Shown here one piece after another: positions 54,922-63,992 of a stretch of 64,000 nucleotides of DNA. Source of the stretch: Minisyncoccota bacterium (lineage in GTDB: Bacteria; Patescibacteriota; Minisyncoccia; Phycocordibacterales; SW-6-46-9). Position 1 is the first letter of the stretch. Every line of letters begins with the position of its first letter. The stretch covers positions 226,292 through 290,291 of the forward strand of contig JBBDRP010000002.1 of assembly GCA_040905385.1 (NCBI GenBank), read 5' to 3'. The notes under the pieces were generated by a model. The model was not told the DNA's origin and ran no database searches. It was given only the letters and a program-made list of their open reading frames with translations. The position numbers were made by a program, and so were the translations under genes.

Positions 54922-54949
54922 CGTAAATACCAATCTTTTGCGTGCGCAC

Positions 54950-54975
54950 AAATAAATCCCTGCGAGGATTTTTAT
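54950..54975 (+). terminator. Weak hairpin + T-run after nrdA (AAATCCCTGCGAGGATTTTTA)
   Basis: 5-6 bp stem. Confidence 0.35.
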
Positions 54976-55062
54976 CCGCTCAGGCGCTCAGTTTGATAGA
55001 AATCGGACATCATACTGAGCGCCTTGCGCAAGGCTCCGAAAAAGAGGTATTTACTCAGTTCA

Positions 55063-55093
55063 TCGATTTTATTTTCTTTGAAAATAAAATCGG
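55063..55093. repeat. 13-bp-stem hairpin TCGATTTTATTTTC-TTT-GAAAATAAAATCGG immediately preceding motif-family copy A
   Basis: Read directly. Confidence 0.7.
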
Positions 55094-55396
55094 AAAGGAA
55101 GTCCGAACAAAACAAGGTGCTCGCATTGAAGTTTCTTGCCTAATCTATAGTTATGTTACTCGGCTTCGTCTCTTTAAGTAAAGCTAAGAAGTATCCCTGT
55201 GCTGAAGCTAGAACAGTACATAGATAAGAGGTAATTTTTGCCCAAAAAACGACCCAGAACGGCTATTTATTTTGGTTGAAAAAAGTCGATATTGAATTAT
55301 TCCATCTTATTTTTAGAGATGTTTTTTATAGCCAGCTACTGCGCACTAGTTAAACGATATCTTTTACAAATATGCAATTAAGGTTTTTGTTTAGCA

Positions 55397-55426
55397 TCTA
55401 TCAGTAAAAATAATTTTACTGATAGA
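55397..55426. promoter_or_regulatory. Perfect inverted repeat TCTATCAGTAAAA-ATAA-TTTTACTGATAGA ~65 bp upstream of the class-II-like RNR gene; candidate operator
   Basis: 13-bp arms read directly. Not a canonical NrdR box. Confidence 0.4.
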
Positions 55427-55491
55427 AACATAATATAATACATAAACAATTAAATAATGTTTCGGTTTTAAAATCTAATTATTTATTCTTT

Positions 55492-57819
55492 ATGTCTCAA
55501 TCAGCATCTCAATTAGGGGAGGGTAAAAGAAATGTATCAGTGGATGAAGCTGAAAAAATTATTGGTAAAGTCATGAAGCGTGATGGTGCTATTGTTGATT
55601 TTAATATTGATAATATTGCGAACGCTATTTTCTCTGCAATGAAAGAGACGGAAGAGGGATCTAAATCAGCAGCAGAAAAAGTTGCCAAGCGTGTTTTAAC
55701 AGAGCTCGTTCGTATCAAGGAGCGATACGCTACCTTCGTCCCTTCTGTTGAAGGAATTCAGGACCATGTAGAGAAGGCACTTATGCGAGCTGACTTTCCG
55801 CAGACGGCCAAGGCTTATATTTTATATCGAGAGAAGCGATCGCAAGAGAGAGAGCAAAAAACCTATGTAGTTCCCGAGGAGGTTAAGCAGGCGGTGGCTG
55901 AGTCAAGTCAGTATTTCGGCAGTTCTTATCAGGAGTTTATTTTTTACCGCACCTACTCTCGTTGGCGAGATGATCTCGGTCGGCGGGAAACTTGGACGGA
56001 GGCCATCGATCGGTATATGGATTTCATGCGTGAGAATGTTGGCAACAAAATAACTGAATCTGAGTATAAGGAAGTTCGTCAGGCTATGCTGGATATGGAA
56101 ATTATGCCTTCGATGCGACTACTTTGGTCGTCCGGTAAGGCGGCTCGGGAGTCAAATGTTTGGGCGTACAACTGTTCTTATTTAGCACCAACTCGGTTGC
56201 GAGATTTTCCCGAAATGATGTATATCCTTATGTGTGGAGCTGGTTTAGGCTACTCGGTTGAGACTGAGAATATTGGGCAGTTACCGCAGATAATTAAGCA
56301 AACAGGAGAGCAGCTAGAGACACATGTGGTGGCTGATAATAAAGAGGGTTGGGCTGATGCTTTTCTTCATGGTCTTGAGACGTGGTATGCCGGTAAGGAT
56401 ATTGAGTTTGATTACTCGAAGGTGCGTCCGAAAGGGGCTCGCTTGAAGACGGCTGGTGGTACAGCCAGCGGTCCGCAGCCGCTGAAGAACTTAATGGCTT
56501 TTTCTCGTGAGAAAATTCTTGCTCGACAAGGTAAGCGACTATCAACCATTGATGTGCATGACATAATTTGTAAAATCGGAGAGATTGTAGTATCTGGTGG
56601 AGTGCGACGATCGGCCTTGATTTCGTTGTCAGATCTTGGTGACGAGGATATGCGTGATGCTAAAAAAGGGCGCTTCTTTGACACGGAACCGCAGCGAGCC
56701 ATGGCCAACAACTCAGCAGTTTATGAAGAAAAACCATCACCAGGAACCTTTCTGTCTGAGTGGACAGCGTTGGTGAAAAGTAATTCTGGAGAACGCGGTA
56801 TCTTTAATCGCGGTGGCCTGGAGGAGCAGCTACCCGAGCGCCGTGCAAAAATATTTCGCGAGAAAGAGGAGAATGGAGATATGAGTTTCCGGCCAGGAGT
56901 TAATCCGTGTGGTGAAATTATTCTGCAGAGCCGACAGTTTTGCAATCTTACCAATGTGGTAATACGGAAAGGGGATACCGTGAAAGAGCTGAAGCGGCGT
57001 ATGCGGCTGGCGAGTCTGCTTGGTACGTACCAAGCAACCTTGACAAAGTTCAAGTATCTGTCTGAGGAATGGAAGCAGAACTGTGACCAAGAGCGCTTAC
57101 TTGGCGTTGCCTTTACTGGCTATTATGACAACGAGGCGGTACGCGATGATAAGGTGATGGAGGAGCTTAAAAACGAAGCCGTAGCCGCCAATGATAAGTA
57201 TGCGGAACGTCTTGGTATTAGTAAATCAACCTGTGTGACTACGGTGAAGCCAAGTGGAAACTCATCCCAGCTAACTGACACAGCTTCGGGAATGCATCCA
57301 CGCTACGCTCCGTACTACATTAGACGCGTACGAATCAGCGATACTGATCCTTTGTTTAAATTAATGAAGGAAGAAGGGGTGTCGTACCAGCCTGAGGTTG
57401 GTCAGACTGAGGATACAGCCAATACGTTTGTGCTAGAGTTTCCGCTGAAAGCACCGGAAGGAGCCATCACAACTAAGGATGTTAGTGCCTTAGATCTACT
57501 TAAGGAGTGGCGCCGCGTCAAGGAGCATTACACAGAACATAATCCTTCAATCACGATTTCGGTTGGTGATGATGAGTGGATTGAAGTGGCTAACTTTCTG
57601 TATAAAAATTGGGAGACGGTTGGTGGACTGTCATTTCTGCCACGAACTGACCACGTTTACGACTTAGCTCCGTATGAGCCAATCTCGAAGGAGGAGTACG
57701 AAGAGATGGTTTCCCAGGTGCCGGATGTTGACTTTGCTAAGCTGTCCGCTATCGAGGCGACAGATAATACCGAGGGATCAAAGGAGTTTGCCTGCGTGTC
57801 TGGAGAGTGTCCAATTTAG
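55492..57819 (+). CDS. Ribonucleotide reductase, class II (adenosylcobalamin-dependent, NrdJ-like) with N-terminal ATP-cone
   Basis: N-term VMKRDGAIVDFNIDNIANAIFSA (ATP-cone). NPCGEIILQSRQFCNLTNV active-site motif typical of class II. 775 aa. Confidence 0.65.
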   Translation: MSQSASQLGEGKRNVSVDEAEKIIGKVMKRDGAIVDFNIDNIANAIFSAMKETEEGSKSAAEKVAKRVLTELVRIKERYATFVPSVEGIQDHVEKALMRADFPQTAKAYILYREKRSQEREQKTYVVPEEVKQAVAESSQYFGSSYQEFIFYRTYSRWRDDLGRRETWTEAIDRYMDFMRENVGNKITESEYKEVRQAMLDMEIMPSMRLLWSSGKAARESNVWAYNCSYLAPTRLRDFPEMMYILMCGAGLGYSVETENIGQLPQIIKQTGEQLETHVVADNKEGWADAFLHGLETWYAGKDIEFDYSKVRPKGARLKTAGGTASGPQPLKNLMAFSREKILARQGKRLSTIDVHDIICKIGEIVVSGGVRRSALISLSDLGDEDMRDAKKGRFFDTEPQRAMANNSAVYEEKPSPGTFLSEWTALVKSNSGERGIFNRGGLEEQLPERRAKIFREKEENGDMSFRPGVNPCGEIILQSRQFCNLTNVVIRKGDTVKELKRRMRLASLLGTYQATLTKFKYLSEEWKQNCDQERLLGVAFTGYYDNEAVRDDKVMEELKNEAVAANDKYAERLGISKSTCVTTVKPSGNSSQLTDTASGMHPRYAPYYIRRVRISDTDPLFKLMKEEGVSYQPEVGQTEDTANTFVLEFPLKAPEGAITTKDVSALDLLKEWRRVKEHYTEHNPSITISVGDDEWIEVANFLYKNWETVGGLSFLPRTDHVYDLAPYEPISKEEYEEMVSQVPDVDFAKLSAIEATDNTEGSKEFACVSGECPI

Positions 57820-57834
57820 AATAAAAAGGTTGGT

Positions 57835-58161
57835 TTGATTTATACACAATCAAATGTTATAATTATCATTGGTGATTGCGTAGTCGCCCCCCACCACTTT
57901 GTGCATTACGTTTACGTTTTAAAAAGTCAGAAGGATAAAAAGCTCTACATTGGAGTGACGGAAGATCTTAAACGACGTTTTGCTGAGCATCAAAATGGAG
58001 AAAATCGCTCAACGAAACATCGTCGTCCGTTTACACTTGTTTACTACGAAGCATTTAGAGCCAAAGTAGATGCTCATGAAAGAGAGCGGAAGCTAAAACA
58101 GTTTAAGAATTCGTATAAACATCTAAAGGATCGTATTGGTAAATGTATTGATAGTGCATAA
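57835..58161 (+). CDS. GIY-YIG nuclease superfamily protein (YhbQ/UPF0213-like); alternative GTG start near 57900
   Basis: VHYVYVLKSQKDKKLYIGVTEDLKRRFAEHQNG...RRPFTLVYYEAF GIY-YIG core. Confidence 0.75.
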   Translation: MIYTQSNVIIIIGDCVVAPHHFVHYVYVLKSQKDKKLYIGVTEDLKRRFAEHQNGENRSTKHRRPFTLVYYEAFRAKVDAHERERKLKQFKNSYKHLKDRIGKCIDSA

Positions 58162-58495
58162 AGTGGTGGGGGGAGGAAAGTCCGAACACACCCTGATTTT
58201 TTAATCTGGAGCACGTAGCGGGTAACTCCCGTCAGTCGTAAGACTGTGGTGCGAACAGTGACGCTGAAATTTGAAAGGGTTTCAGCATCCCCCACTTTTA
58301 AAGGTAGCGGATGAACTTGGTGGCAACACTAAGGTGAAACGGCTAAATCTGTACGTGTGTGCAAGGCCGTATTCCAGCCTCCGGGCTGGTCTGAGCCGCT
58401 TGAGTACAGTGGTAACACTGTACCTAGACAAATGACTACAACGGAACTTATGTAACGTAGGTTTCTAAACAGAATTCGGCTTACGGATCACCAAA
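58162..58495 (+). ncRNA. rnpB: RNase P RNA (bacterial type). The 5' boundary is uncertain and may overlap the end of the GIY-YIG ORF.
   Basis: P4 5' strand GGAGGAAAGUCCGAAC (58172-58187) and 3' strand ACAGAAUUCGGCUUACGG (58469-58486), with a compensatory CCGAA/UUCGG change relative to the E. coli CCGGG/CCCGG. Spacing ~290 nt as in E. coli. Short P1 UGGUG/CACCA. Confidence 0.6.
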
Positions 58496-58503
58496 ATATA
58501 CGA

Positions 58504-58532
58504 AAAAGCCACCCTGACGGTGGCTTTTTCTT
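58504..58532 (+). terminator. Rho-independent terminator after rnpB
   Basis: AAGCCACC-CTGA-CGGTGGCTT-TTTC. Confidence 0.7.
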
Positions 58533-58595
58533 TTAGCTTGACGCTGAGGTTATTCGTATATTTTTTCTTTCAGCACGCTATAATAGGAAGGCATT

Positions 58596-60278
58596 ATGTT
58601 TAAGCGCATTCTCTTTTTTCTGAGTAAAAAAATCACTGGTTTACACCAGGCTGCGTATATTATTGGGTTCTTTACGCTGCTTAGCCAGGTCTTGGGCTTG
58701 GTGCGTGATCGTCTGCTTGCTTATAACTTCGGCGCCGATACAACGGTGGATATCTACTACGCGGCTTTCCGTATTCCGGACATTATTCTGGTTGTGGCAG
58801 GATCCGTTGTTTCCATATCAGTCTTGGTTCCATTTCTTACCAAGAAGATATCTCAGAGCAAAGAGGTTGCAGAAGAGTTCATTGATACAGTCTTCACGAT
58901 ATTCTTTATTGGAGTTATTACGATCTGTATCCCGCTTTACTTCCTGATGCCGAACCTGATTCCGGTTGTCTTTCCCGGAATTACGGACGCAGTAGCCCAG
59001 GCTAATCTGATCTTTTTGGCTCGGCTATTCCTCCTATCGCCAATCCTGCTGGGGCTGTCTAACATCTTTGCGTCCATTATTCAGGTACACCGGCGATTTC
59101 TTATCTACGCGATTTCACCGCTTCTCTATAATTTAGGTATTATTATTGGTATTGTGGCGCTCTACCCGTATTTCGGGATTACAGGGCTTGGACTTGGAGT
59201 TGTTCTCGGAGTGCTGATGCATGTTGGAATTCAGCTGCCGTTTATTATCAAGAAGGGGTTCGTTCCACGCTGGTTTTTTCCTGCTGACCGTAGCGAGATC
59301 TGGAAGGTGGTGCGCAACTCTTTGCCGCGAACCTTCACGCTTTCGATTGATAAACTGGCCCTACTATTTCTCGTTAGCTTGGCATCGCTTATTGGTTCGG
59401 GTTCAATTGCGATCTTTAACTATGCCTGGAACCTACAGTCGGTGCCAATGGCGCTGGTTGGGGCCAGCTATTCATTGGCGGCTTTTCCGGTGTTGTCGCA
59501 GTTGTTTGCTGATGGTGATATGAAGGGATTTATGCGCCAGGTGCAGACAGCCATCCGGCATGTTGTCTTCTGGTCGCTACCGATCCTGTCACTTTTTATT
59601 GTTCTGCGGGCGCAGATAGTTCGTACCATTCTTGGGGCTGGAGAGTTCGGCTGGCTGGCGACACGATTGACAGCGGCATCGCTGTCGCTTTTCGTGATTT
59701 CGGTAGTGGCACAAAGCCTGGTGCTGGTACTGGTTCGAGCCTACTATGCAGCTGATGATACAATGACGCCGCTGATAACCAGTGTGATTGGCGGTACGAC
59801 GATTCTGGGTGGTGCCTACGGTCTAATGGCGGCCTTTCAGAATATTCCGGTATTTCGATTCTTTCTCGAGAATTTGCTGCGCGTACGCGGGATAGAAGGT
59901 ACTGGTGTATTGGTGCTGCCGCTGGCGTACTCACTGGGAATGGTAGTAATGGTAGCCATCCTGTGGTACTTTTTTCAGGACAAGTTTGGTCTCTTTCCAG
60001 CTGATATGTATCGCTCGCTCTGGCAGTCAGCTGGTTCAGCCATAGTTGGTGGCTTCGTTGCCTACGGTGGTCTGCTGCTGTTTGGAAATTGGCTTGCGCT
60101 TACAACCGGGCTCGGTATCTTCCTACAGGGATTTTTGGCTGGTATTACCGGCATCGCAGCGATGATTTTGACTTTGTGGCTGATGGATAATCAAGAACTT
60201 GAGGAGATGTGGCAGGCTGTGCGTGAACGTTACTGGCATGTATCCGTAGAAGCCATCGGTCCAGCCGAACAACAATAA
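58596..60278 (+). CDS. murJ: Lipid II flippase MurJ (MviN)
   Basis: ...LSQVLGLVRDRLLAYNFGADTTVDIYYAAFRIPDI..., 12-14 TM helices, 560 aa. Confidence 0.85.
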   Translation: MFKRILFFLSKKITGLHQAAYIIGFFTLLSQVLGLVRDRLLAYNFGADTTVDIYYAAFRIPDIILVVAGSVVSISVLVPFLTKKISQSKEVAEEFIDTVFTIFFIGVITICIPLYFLMPNLIPVVFPGITDAVAQANLIFLARLFLLSPILLGLSNIFASIIQVHRRFLIYAISPLLYNLGIIIGIVALYPYFGITGLGLGVVLGVLMHVGIQLPFIIKKGFVPRWFFPADRSEIWKVVRNSLPRTFTLSIDKLALLFLVSLASLIGSGSIAIFNYAWNLQSVPMALVGASYSLAAFPVLSQLFADGDMKGFMRQVQTAIRHVVFWSLPILSLFIVLRAQIVRTILGAGEFGWLATRLTAASLSLFVISVVAQSLVLVLVRAYYAADDTMTPLITSVIGGTTILGGAYGLMAAFQNIPVFRFFLENLLRVRGIEGTGVLVLPLAYSLGMVVMVAILWYFFQDKFGLFPADMYRSLWQSAGSAIVGGFVAYGGLLLFGNWLALTTGLGIFLQGFLAGITGIAAMILTLWLMDNQELEEMWQAVRERYWHVSVEAIGPAEQQ

Positions 60279-60366
60279 ATTATGAATAATATCCGAAATT
60301 TCATCATAATAGCCTGTCCCACTTCGCGCAGAGCGCTTCGCGGGGCAGGTATAGACCATTTTTATC

Positions 60367-62151
60367 ATGGATAATATTAGAAATTTCAGCATAATTGCAC
60401 ATATCGACCACGGTAAGAGCACCCTGGCGGATCGGATGCTGGAGGTGACTGGAACGATTTCTGATCGTGATATGCAGGAGCAGGTGCTGGACCAGATGGA
60501 TCTCGAGCGAGAGCGTGGTATTACCATCAAGATGACACCGGTGACAATGAAGTATGAAGCCAATGGCGCGGCGTATGAGCTGAATCTTATCGATACCCCT
60601 GGTCACGTTGATTTTTCCTACGAAGTCTCACGAGCCATGCGAGCAGTTGAAGGTGCCGTTCTGTTGGTGGATTCGACGCAGGGTATCGAGGCGCAGACAT
60701 TGGCCGTGTTGTCGATTGCTCAGGAGCAGCAGTTGACGATTGTACCAGCGGTAACCAAGATTGATGCCAAGAATGCTCGACCGGAAGAGGTGGCGCTAGA
60801 GCTGGCGGAGCTGCTTTCGGTAGAAATGGATGATATTGCTCGTGTTTCTGGCAAGACCGGTGAGGGAGTCGATGATCTACTGCGCCGTGTGATCCGGAAC
60901 GTGCCGGCTCCGACCCAGCGAGATACAAAAACTTCACAAGGATTAGTTTTTGATTTTGATTACTCATCGCACCGCGGCATTGTGGCGTATACACGTATTT
61001 TCTCTGGTGAGTTCTCTAAAAATAACAAGTTGAAGCTAGTGGCGGCAGACCGTACCTTTATCCCGGCAGAGGTTGGTGTCTTCTCACCGACAGCGGTGCC
61101 CCAGAGGGAGCTCAATGCGGGATCGGTCGGGTACGTGGTAACAGGTATCAAGGAGCCCGGAGTCGTATCTATTGGTGACACAATCACAACGGCTGATGCC
61201 AGTATCGAGCCGTTGGCTGGGTATGATCCGCCACAGCCGGTGGTGTGGGCCAGCGTTTTTCCGGAAAATCAGGATCAGTTCACCTCACTCGAGCAGGCAC
61301 TGGAGCGCCTGCTTTTGACTGATTCATCCCTACAGTACGAACGCGAAAAAAGTGCCGGTCTGGGTCAGGGATTTCGCTGTGGTTTTTTAGGGCGATTGCA
61401 TATGGAGGTTGCTATTGAGCGACTTCGCCGTGACTATAATCTGGATCTTATTACGACTAGCCCGTCGGTAGCCTTTCGGGTGACCACGAATAATGGGGAG
61501 ACCGAGACAATCCGTACGCCGTCACGCTTTCCGCATTATGGCGAGATAAAGGAGATTCAGGAGCCCTGGGTATCGGTTACCATTCGTACGCCCAACGACT
61601 ACATGAGCGACATTATGAGCATTGTGTACGAGCATGAAGGAGAGGTGGTTGATACGCAGTCGGGGCAGTCGGATCGTTTGACGGTGGTGGCCGAGATGCC
61701 GCTACGTGAGCTAATGCGTGGATTTTTTACGGCGCTGAAGCAGTCATCATCGGGATTTGCTTCGCTTTCTTACGAGGTCGTGGCGTACCAGCCAGCCGAG
61801 GTGACGCGTCTGGAGGTCCTGGTGGCCGGCGAGCGGGTACCAGCACTGGCCACTATTGTTTCCAAGCAGCGGGTGGATCGTCAGGCCCGGGAAATCGTTG
61901 AGAAGCTCAAAGACTTACTACCACAGCAGGTAGTATCAGTCCGAATCCAGGCTGAGTCTCAGGGGCGCATAATTGCCTCCGAGACGTTACGAGCGAGTCG
62001 TAAGGATGTAACGGCCGGATTGTACGGTGGTGACTTCTCGCGCAAGAAAAAGAAGCTGAAGGCGCAGCGAGAAGGCAAGAAGAAACTTCAGGATCGCGTT
62101 AGCGTCCGAATTCCGTCCGAGGTGTATATAAAGATGATGCGGGATGACTAG
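60367..62151 (+). CDS. lepA: Translation elongation factor 4 (LepA)
   Basis: IRNFSIIAHIDHGKSTLADRML...DTPGHVDF..., C-terminal LepA-specific domain. Confidence 0.95.
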   Translation: MDNIRNFSIIAHIDHGKSTLADRMLEVTGTISDRDMQEQVLDQMDLERERGITIKMTPVTMKYEANGAAYELNLIDTPGHVDFSYEVSRAMRAVEGAVLLVDSTQGIEAQTLAVLSIAQEQQLTIVPAVTKIDAKNARPEEVALELAELLSVEMDDIARVSGKTGEGVDDLLRRVIRNVPAPTQRDTKTSQGLVFDFDYSSHRGIVAYTRIFSGEFSKNNKLKLVAADRTFIPAEVGVFSPTAVPQRELNAGSVGYVVTGIKEPGVVSIGDTITTADASIEPLAGYDPPQPVVWASVFPENQDQFTSLEQALERLLLTDSSLQYEREKSAGLGQGFRCGFLGRLHMEVAIERLRRDYNLDLITTSPSVAFRVTTNNGETETIRTPSRFPHYGEIKEIQEPWVSVTIRTPNDYMSDIMSIVYEHEGEVVDTQSGQSDRLTVVAEMPLRELMRGFFTALKQSSSGFASLSYEVVAYQPAEVTRLEVLVAGERVPALATIVSKQRVDRQAREIVEKLKDLLPQQVVSVRIQAESQGRIIASETLRASRKDVTAGLYGGDFSRKKKKLKAQREGKKKLQDRVSVRIPSEVYIKMMRDD

Positions 62152-62301
62152 CTCGTTACGCCGGCGATGGGGGTATATAGCAAGATCATTCCCAGAATTA
62201 GTACCACTGTCACTACGATGGTAATAATTCTCAGCATTTTTCTGTTTTCCTTTCCAAACATATATAATGTATAAAGCTAATAAATTCGTAACTTCAGTAT
62301 A

Positions 62302-62679
62302 ATGCCTCGACGCACTACAAACAAATTACAACGGGTGATTTATTCGATTCCTTTTTTGATTTTTCTAACGGTAATGGTGGTTTTGGTAGTTATGGCGGCC
62401 TGGAATATGTATCAGACCAGCTACGGAACCGAGCAACGTCTAGAGCGTCTGCGAGCCGAACACCAGGAACTTCAGCAGCGAGAGGAGATTGTCTCTAATG
62501 ATGCGTTGAACGTATCCACCGAGCGTGGATTGGAGGCTGAGATTCGCGAGAAGTTTTCAGTAGCTGCGGAGGGGGAGCGGGTGATTGTACTGGTTGATGA
62601 TAAGGATCAGCCGGCGACCACGACCGAACCAGAAGCTTCATGGTGGCAGAGGACACTTTCCTCTATCTGGCCATTTTAG
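62302..62679 (+). CDS. Septum formation initiator family protein (FtsB/DivIC-like)
   Basis: N-terminal TM helix followed by coiled coil LERLRAEHQELQQREEIV. Confidence 0.55.
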   Translation: MPRRTTNKLQRVIYSIPFLIFLTVMVVLVVMAAWNMYQTSYGTEQRLERLRAEHQELQQREEIVSNDALNVSTERGLEAEIREKFSVAAEGERVIVLVDDKDQPATTTEPEASWWQRTLSSIWPF

Positions 62680-62769
62680 AGACGGTCTAAATATGCTATA
62701 ATCCTGTTAATTATTCATCATTAACCGCGGAGTGGAGAAATACCCGGACACACTTCGTTTAATATTTAT

Positions 62770-63015
62770 ATGAAAAAAGTTACCATTTACTCTACACCGA
62801 CATGCCAGTACTGCGAGGCGGCAAAAGAATACATGAAGGAGCACGAGATTGATTACAAAGATTACGATGTATCTTCCGACACCGACCGACGCAAGGAGAT
62901 GATTGAGAAGTCAGGACAGATGGGCGTTCCGGTTATCGTCATTGGTGAGGAGATGATGGTTGGATTTGAGCAGGACAAGTTTGAGGAGTTACTGGCGTCA
63001 CAAAGCGAAGAATAA
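62770..63015 (+). CDS. Glutaredoxin-like protein (NrdH/YruB-like thioredoxin fold)
   Basis: VTIYSTPTCQYCEAAKEYM...GVPVIVIG CxxC motif. Confidence 0.8.
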   Translation: MKKVTIYSTPTCQYCEAAKEYMKEHEIDYKDYDVSSDTDRRKEMIEKSGQMGVPVIVIGEEMMVGFEQDKFEELLASQSEE

Positions 63016-63043
63016 CTCGTACCCCTGTTTTGCTTCGGCACGA

Positions 63044-63070
63044 AAAGACGCCCAGCGGGCGTCTTTTCTC
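63044..63070 (+). terminator. Rho-independent terminator
   Basis: AAGACGCC-CAGC-GGGCGTCTT-TTCT. Confidence 0.7.
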
Positions 63071-63217
63071 ATATCTCAGCCTCGCTCCTCCGACACATGT
63101 CGGAGACCATGCTCGCTTGGCTTACGAAGTCCGAACAAAACAGAGTACTCGCTTTATAGTTTCCTACACAAACTACGAATGCGTATAGACTTTTGAAGGG
63201 ACGTGCTGTATTTATTG

Positions 63218-63290
63218 TCTCTCTGCCAGGAGTCGAACCTGAATTTGGTCCTTAGGAGGGACCCGTTCTATCCAGTTGAACTACAGAGAG
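63218..63290 (-). tRNA. tRNA-Arg (anticodon CCT)
   Basis: Reverse complement folds as CTCTCTG-TA-GTTC-AACTGGATA-GAAC-G-GGTCC-CTCCTAA-GGACC-AAAT-TCAGG-TTCGACT-CCTGG-CAGAGAG-A. Confidence 0.85.
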
Positions 63291-63328
63291 ATATCGGCAT
63301 AATAGCATTTTAGCCACAAGATGTACGA

Positions 63329-63622
63329 ATGGTCTATTTTTGCTATACTAGGTCTATGGAAAATAAGGACTTTAAAAATATGGAGCAGAATATGGAACGC
63401 AAGCTTCGCGAGACCAGAGAGCTGGCTGAACGCAACAACGAAATACTGCAAAAGCTGTACCGTTCGATGATGTGGAGCAGAGTTATGTGGGTTCTGTACT
63501 TAGTGATTATTATCGGTATAGCAATCGGAGCCTTTTACTTTCTGGAGCCGTACTGGGACACGGTTATGGAGGCGTATGACAGTGTCCGTGGTCAGATTCA
63601 GTTCTCAACTCCACAGGGATAG
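63329..63622 (+). CDS. Small hypothetical membrane protein; likely start at the internal ATG 63356 (MENKDFK...)
   Basis: Coiled N-terminus plus one TM helix. No homology recognised. Confidence 0.4.
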   Translation: MVYFCYTRSMENKDFKNMEQNMERKLRETRELAERNNEILQKLYRSMMWSRVMWVLYLVIIIGIAIGAFYFLEPYWDTVMEAYDSVRGQIQFSTPQG

Positions 63623-63740
63623 TCTATAATTGTTTTTGTGCTTTTCTTCAATACGTTAAGCACTGCTTGGCGTATTGACTGAGATTACATTGAAAAAATA
63701 ATCTCAGATGGGTATATTAAAGTAGATCCGTAACAATACG

Positions 63741-63850
63741 CTGGAGTAGCTCAGGGGATAAAACAGCATCTGCTTGCTGTTTTATCCGATCTACCTGCAG
63801 GGTAGAATCGCGTATGTTCCGCCTTTGCGGAACCAGCGATAGGAGGAAGA
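63741..63850 (+). other. tRNA-like element. The first 20 nt are identical to the 5' end of tRNA-Phe (ACGCTGGAGTAGCTCAGGGG), fused to a perfect 13-bp-stem hairpin (GGATAAAACAGCA-TCTGCT-TGCTGTTTTATCC), two further stem-loops and a CCAGCG segment complementary to the 5' end.
   Basis: Read directly. Does not fold as a canonical tRNA (no D-stem partner). Confidence 0.35.
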
Positions 63851-63920
63851 GCTTGCTCTAGCCCTGTGGAATAAAAAGAATTAGTTTCGTTTCATTGTTT
63901 TGTGGGTTATATTAGTACAT

Positions 63921-63992
63921 ACGCTGGAGTAGCTCAGGGGTAGAGCACCTGTTTGAAGCACAGGGTGTCGTCGGTTCGATTCCGGCCTCCAG
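63921..63992 (+). tRNA. tRNA-Phe (anticodon GAA)
   Basis: GCTGGAG-TA-GCTC-AGGGGTA-GAGC-A-CCTGT-TTGAAGC-ACAGG-GTGTC-GTCGG-TTCGATT-CCGGC-CTCCAGC-A. Confidence 0.9.

Noticed and set aside
54922-55491. NrdR box between nrdA and the class-II-like RNR gene
   Set aside because: Palindromes are present (55397-55426; GCCTTGCGCAAGGC at ~55020), but none fits the 16-bp NrdR consensus well enough to call.
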